Positions 54,651 to 59,612 of a DNA stretch of 59,612 nt are shown piece after piece (the first letter of the stretch is position 1; each line of letters starts with the position of its first letter). The position numbers and the translations under genes were made by a program. Source of the stretch: Eledone cirrhosa. Lineage: Eukaryota. The notes beneath the pieces were generated by a model. That model was not told the DNA's origin. It did no database searches and saw only the letters and a list, made by a program, of their open reading frames with translations. The DNA lies in the NCBI GenBank assembly GCA_964016885.1, contig CAXHJY010000919.1, forward strand, positions 1 to 59,612, read 5' to 3'.

Positions 54651-55966
54651 TTACTATCCTAAATTGCAATATAGTTAAACTTAATATTATTAAGAACAAT
54701 ATACGTAATCTCTTTAACCAACATAACCTAAAAATTGAATGTGATAATAGTACCAAACTAGCTAATTTCTTGGATGTATCTCTTAATCTTGACACTGGCC
54801 TATATTACCCTTACCATAAAAACAACGAGAATCTTAATTATGTTAACTTTAAATCTAACCATCCTACCAATATCAAGAATGCTATAGTTAATAATATTGG
54901 AAATAGAATATCTAACATATCTTCTAATAAAAACATCTTTGATGCTAACGCCAATTACTATAATAACGCACTTTCTAAAGCCGGCTATCCAGATAAAATC
55001 AAATATAATAAAGAAACAAATTCTAGGAAAACTTACAGTAGAATATTTAATCATAACCATTCCAATAATTTTAATAAAAGACCTAGATACAAAAACATAA
55101 TCTGGTATAATGCTCCTTTCTCCATCTCTATTAATAACAATATTCCTAAATTATGTTTTAGTGCCTTAAATAAATGCTTCCCTCCCTCACATATCTATAG
55201 TAAAATATTTAACAAACACACCATCAAATTTTCGTATTCTACATCCTCCAATATTTCCAACATCATTTCTAAACACAACAACAAAATATTAAATACTAAA
55301 TCTCTTCCTTCCAATATTGAATCTCATAATAACAATAATAGTACTCCTGACGTCATTGTAAACCCTAGGCTAACTTCTGTAAACCCAAATGCAACGTCAA
55401 ACACAACTTCGCTAAATGTTCATAATCCAACTCTAAATCAAGAAACTATTATTCCTATTATTCCTATCGCAAACAACTTCTCCAATCCAATTCCTTCTAT
55501 AGATAACACTAGATCACTCATTAATAATCTCTCTAATTGCAACTGCCGCATTAAAAATAAATGTCCTCTCAACAACCATTGCCTCGATAAAAACTTAATT
55601 TATGAATGTAAAATTATAACTAGCACCAATTCCTTCACCTATTTTGGCTCCACTTCCACCTCTTTTAAAGCTCGTCTCTATAATCATCATTCATCTTTCA
55701 AATACAAACTTAAAAGAACTAACACTGCTCCCTCAGAACTCATATGGTCCTTAAAAGACAAAAACATTAAATATAACATCTTTTGGAAAAAGATTTCTTC
55801 TGCATCCTCGTACTTGAACAGTTCTCTATCTAAAATCTGTAATCTCTGCCTAAATGAAAAATTTACCATTATCTCTAACCTAGAATCCATAATAAATAGA
55901 CGCTCGGATTTGTTTTCCATCTGCCTGCATAAATTCCATAGAACTTTTCACAAAGTATACAGTTAA
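54651..55966 (+). pseudogene. PLE RT thumb-GIY-YIG fragment; open frame, 5'-truncated just after YRDD
   Basis: ORF 54770-55966 mirrors the minus arm but lacks the frameshift. Confidence 0.92.
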
Positions 55967-57201
55967 TATTCAATTCTTTATCAATTTAGAATCTTTTCTC
56001 AAAGGCACATATACATACACCTCTTTAAAATATACCCATCTACCTTACTTTAAAGGGCATTATACACTCTATAATACTCGTTTACTCATTTCCCTCATCC
56101 TATCTTCTCGTAAAACAATAACATTTGTTTTTGACATTTTGAATATTCATCCGCAATCATTATTATTTTTTTCCCTCTATCATAAATCTTTTTAATCTCA
56201 ATTTCATCCTTAATTTATTATTATATATTTTTTTTAATATATACTCATATATTCTTTAAAATATACCCATCTACCTTACTTTAAAGGGCATTATACACTC
56301 TATAATACCCGTTTACTCATCACCCTCATTATATCTCCTCGTAAAACAATAACATTTGTTTTTGACATTTTGAGTATTCATCCGCAATCATTATTATTGT
56401 TTCTCTCTATCATAAATCTTTTTAATCTCAATTTCATCCTTAATTTATTATTATTTTTTTCTCCCCATCAACGAACTCATTATTAATACATATGAATTCA
56501 ATATAAAAACTTTAACTTCACATTATTTTTCTCAAATCCTACACATAAACTTTTTCTCTTTGCTAATTTTAAAATTCCTACATTTCTCCTTTTGACGTTA
56601 GAATATTCACCCACAATTATTATTTTTTTCTCTCTATCTCCATACATAATCTCCCTTCGTTATTTTTCTCTCTCTATCTCCATACATAATTTCCCTTCGT
56701 TAATTTTCAAATTCCTTTAATTTATACATTATCTTCCAACGGTTCCCAACCTCTCTATATTAAAACATTATATCTTTTTCTCAGTTATAAAAACTATCTC
56801 TTTCTCTCTATCACCCATCTCTCCCTTTCCACCTTCACTCTCATCTCCTCCCCTTTTTTTCATCCTTTCCACCCCCACCCCTCCCTAAATATAATATATT
56901 TTTTCCTCGCACATATCCTCCCTTCGTTAATTTTCAAAATTTTTAATTTATACAGTATCTTCCAACGGTTTTCAACCCCTCTATATAAAATATATCTCCT
57001 CTCTGTTATAAAAACTATCTCTTTCTCTCTATCACCCATCTCTCCCTCTCATCTCCTTCCCTTTTCATCCTTTTCTCTCCCCCCCTCTCTAAATAAAATA
57101 TTTTTCCCAATATCACACATCAATCTAAAACCACTTTTCATATGTTGATTTAAAACTGCACTATCAACAAGTGTTTTTTTAGCCTTCATAGCATGTTCTC
57201 C

Positions 57202-57272
57202 TGTTTTATCTGATGAAAACACAAATATTATTGTTTGATGATGTTTGTTTTTGAAATGCGCATAATAAAATA
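57202..57272 (+). ncRNA. Minimal type I hammerhead ribozyme, family F
   Basis: TGTTTTAT-CTGATGA-AAACA-CAAATATTATT(GTTT)GATGATGTTTG-TTTTT-GAAA-TGCGCA-TA^ATAAAATA. Stem II has several G-U pairs that form only on this strand. Confidence 0.9.
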
Positions 57273-57399
57273 TATTGAACTCCTTTAACCATCTTTTGAT
57301 CTTATATTATGCATACTCCAGTCCCACAAACTGTAGAGTGCTTCTTATCCGATATCTGCATTGCTTTATTGTACTACAATAAAACTCACCTCCTATATG

Positions 57400-57490
<91 letters not shown>

Positions 57491-57495
57491 GTATG

Positions 57496-57534
<39 letters not shown>

Positions 57535-57535
57535 G

Positions 57536-57567
<32 letters not shown>

Positions 57568-57574
57568 TATATGT

Positions 57575-57791
57575 GAAGGCATGTGGCTGAGTGGTCAGAG
57601 AATTGTATTCGCAATCGTAAGGTTGTGAGTTCGATTCTTGGACCAGGCGATGCCTTATGTCCTTGAGCAAGACACTTTATTTCACGTTGCTCCTTCTACC
57701 TGGAGTTGCGACCGATAGATAGTATTAGCAATTGGAAAGACCAACGGAAACATTGTTCCCTCGGTCCGATTTGACAAAATTCGATCGTTCC
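57575..57791 (+). mobile_element. tRNA-derived SINE
   Basis: A box TGGCTGAGTGG (57584-57594) and B box GTTCGATTC (57629-57637), followed by a GTCCTTGAGCAAGACACTT core-like motif. The 3' boundary is uncertain. Confidence 0.8.

Positions 57792-59612
<1,821 letters not shown>

Larger units (their letters stand above)
51783..57395. mobile_element. 5.6-kb palindrome of two 5'-truncated PLE family F copies (Naiad-like)
   Basis: Minus arm 51783-54650 and plus arm 54651-57395. Each has a partial RT, GIY-YIG, ~1.3-kb 3'UTR and hammerhead. The plus arm has an ~85-nt tail. Confidence 0.94.

Noticed and set aside
57578-57650. tRNA gene
   Set aside because: A and B boxes are present, but there is no good acceptor stem and a SINE core follows; called as a SINE.

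Overview
Animal genomic DNA with no recognisable host gene. Octopus/cephalopod origin is inferred from the very large interrupted (TA)n arrays and the repeat content. Most of the window is (TA)n microsatellite, which produces the many 'YIYIY' ORFs; these are artefacts. Embedded in the arrays are: (i) Penelope-like elements (PLEs; RT + GIY-YIG, mostly Naiad-like) and non-coding relatives, in seven unrelated sequence families (A-G); (ii) one near full-length RTE LINE and four short bipartite RTE derivatives; (iii) two CR1-group LINEs; (iv) a tRNA-derived SINE. A hAT-type MITE lies in the central non-microsatellite block. By eye I found 16 hammerhead-ribozyme motifs in the seven families. Six of the families occur as head-to-head palindromes inserted in (TA)n, with one arm carrying an extra 3' tail. 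One family looks like a ~300-nt non-coding retrozyme-like unit with a U3-A8 compensatory core. The RTE family shows a covarying 5'UTR-3'end helix. All RNA structures were read manually; none was computed.
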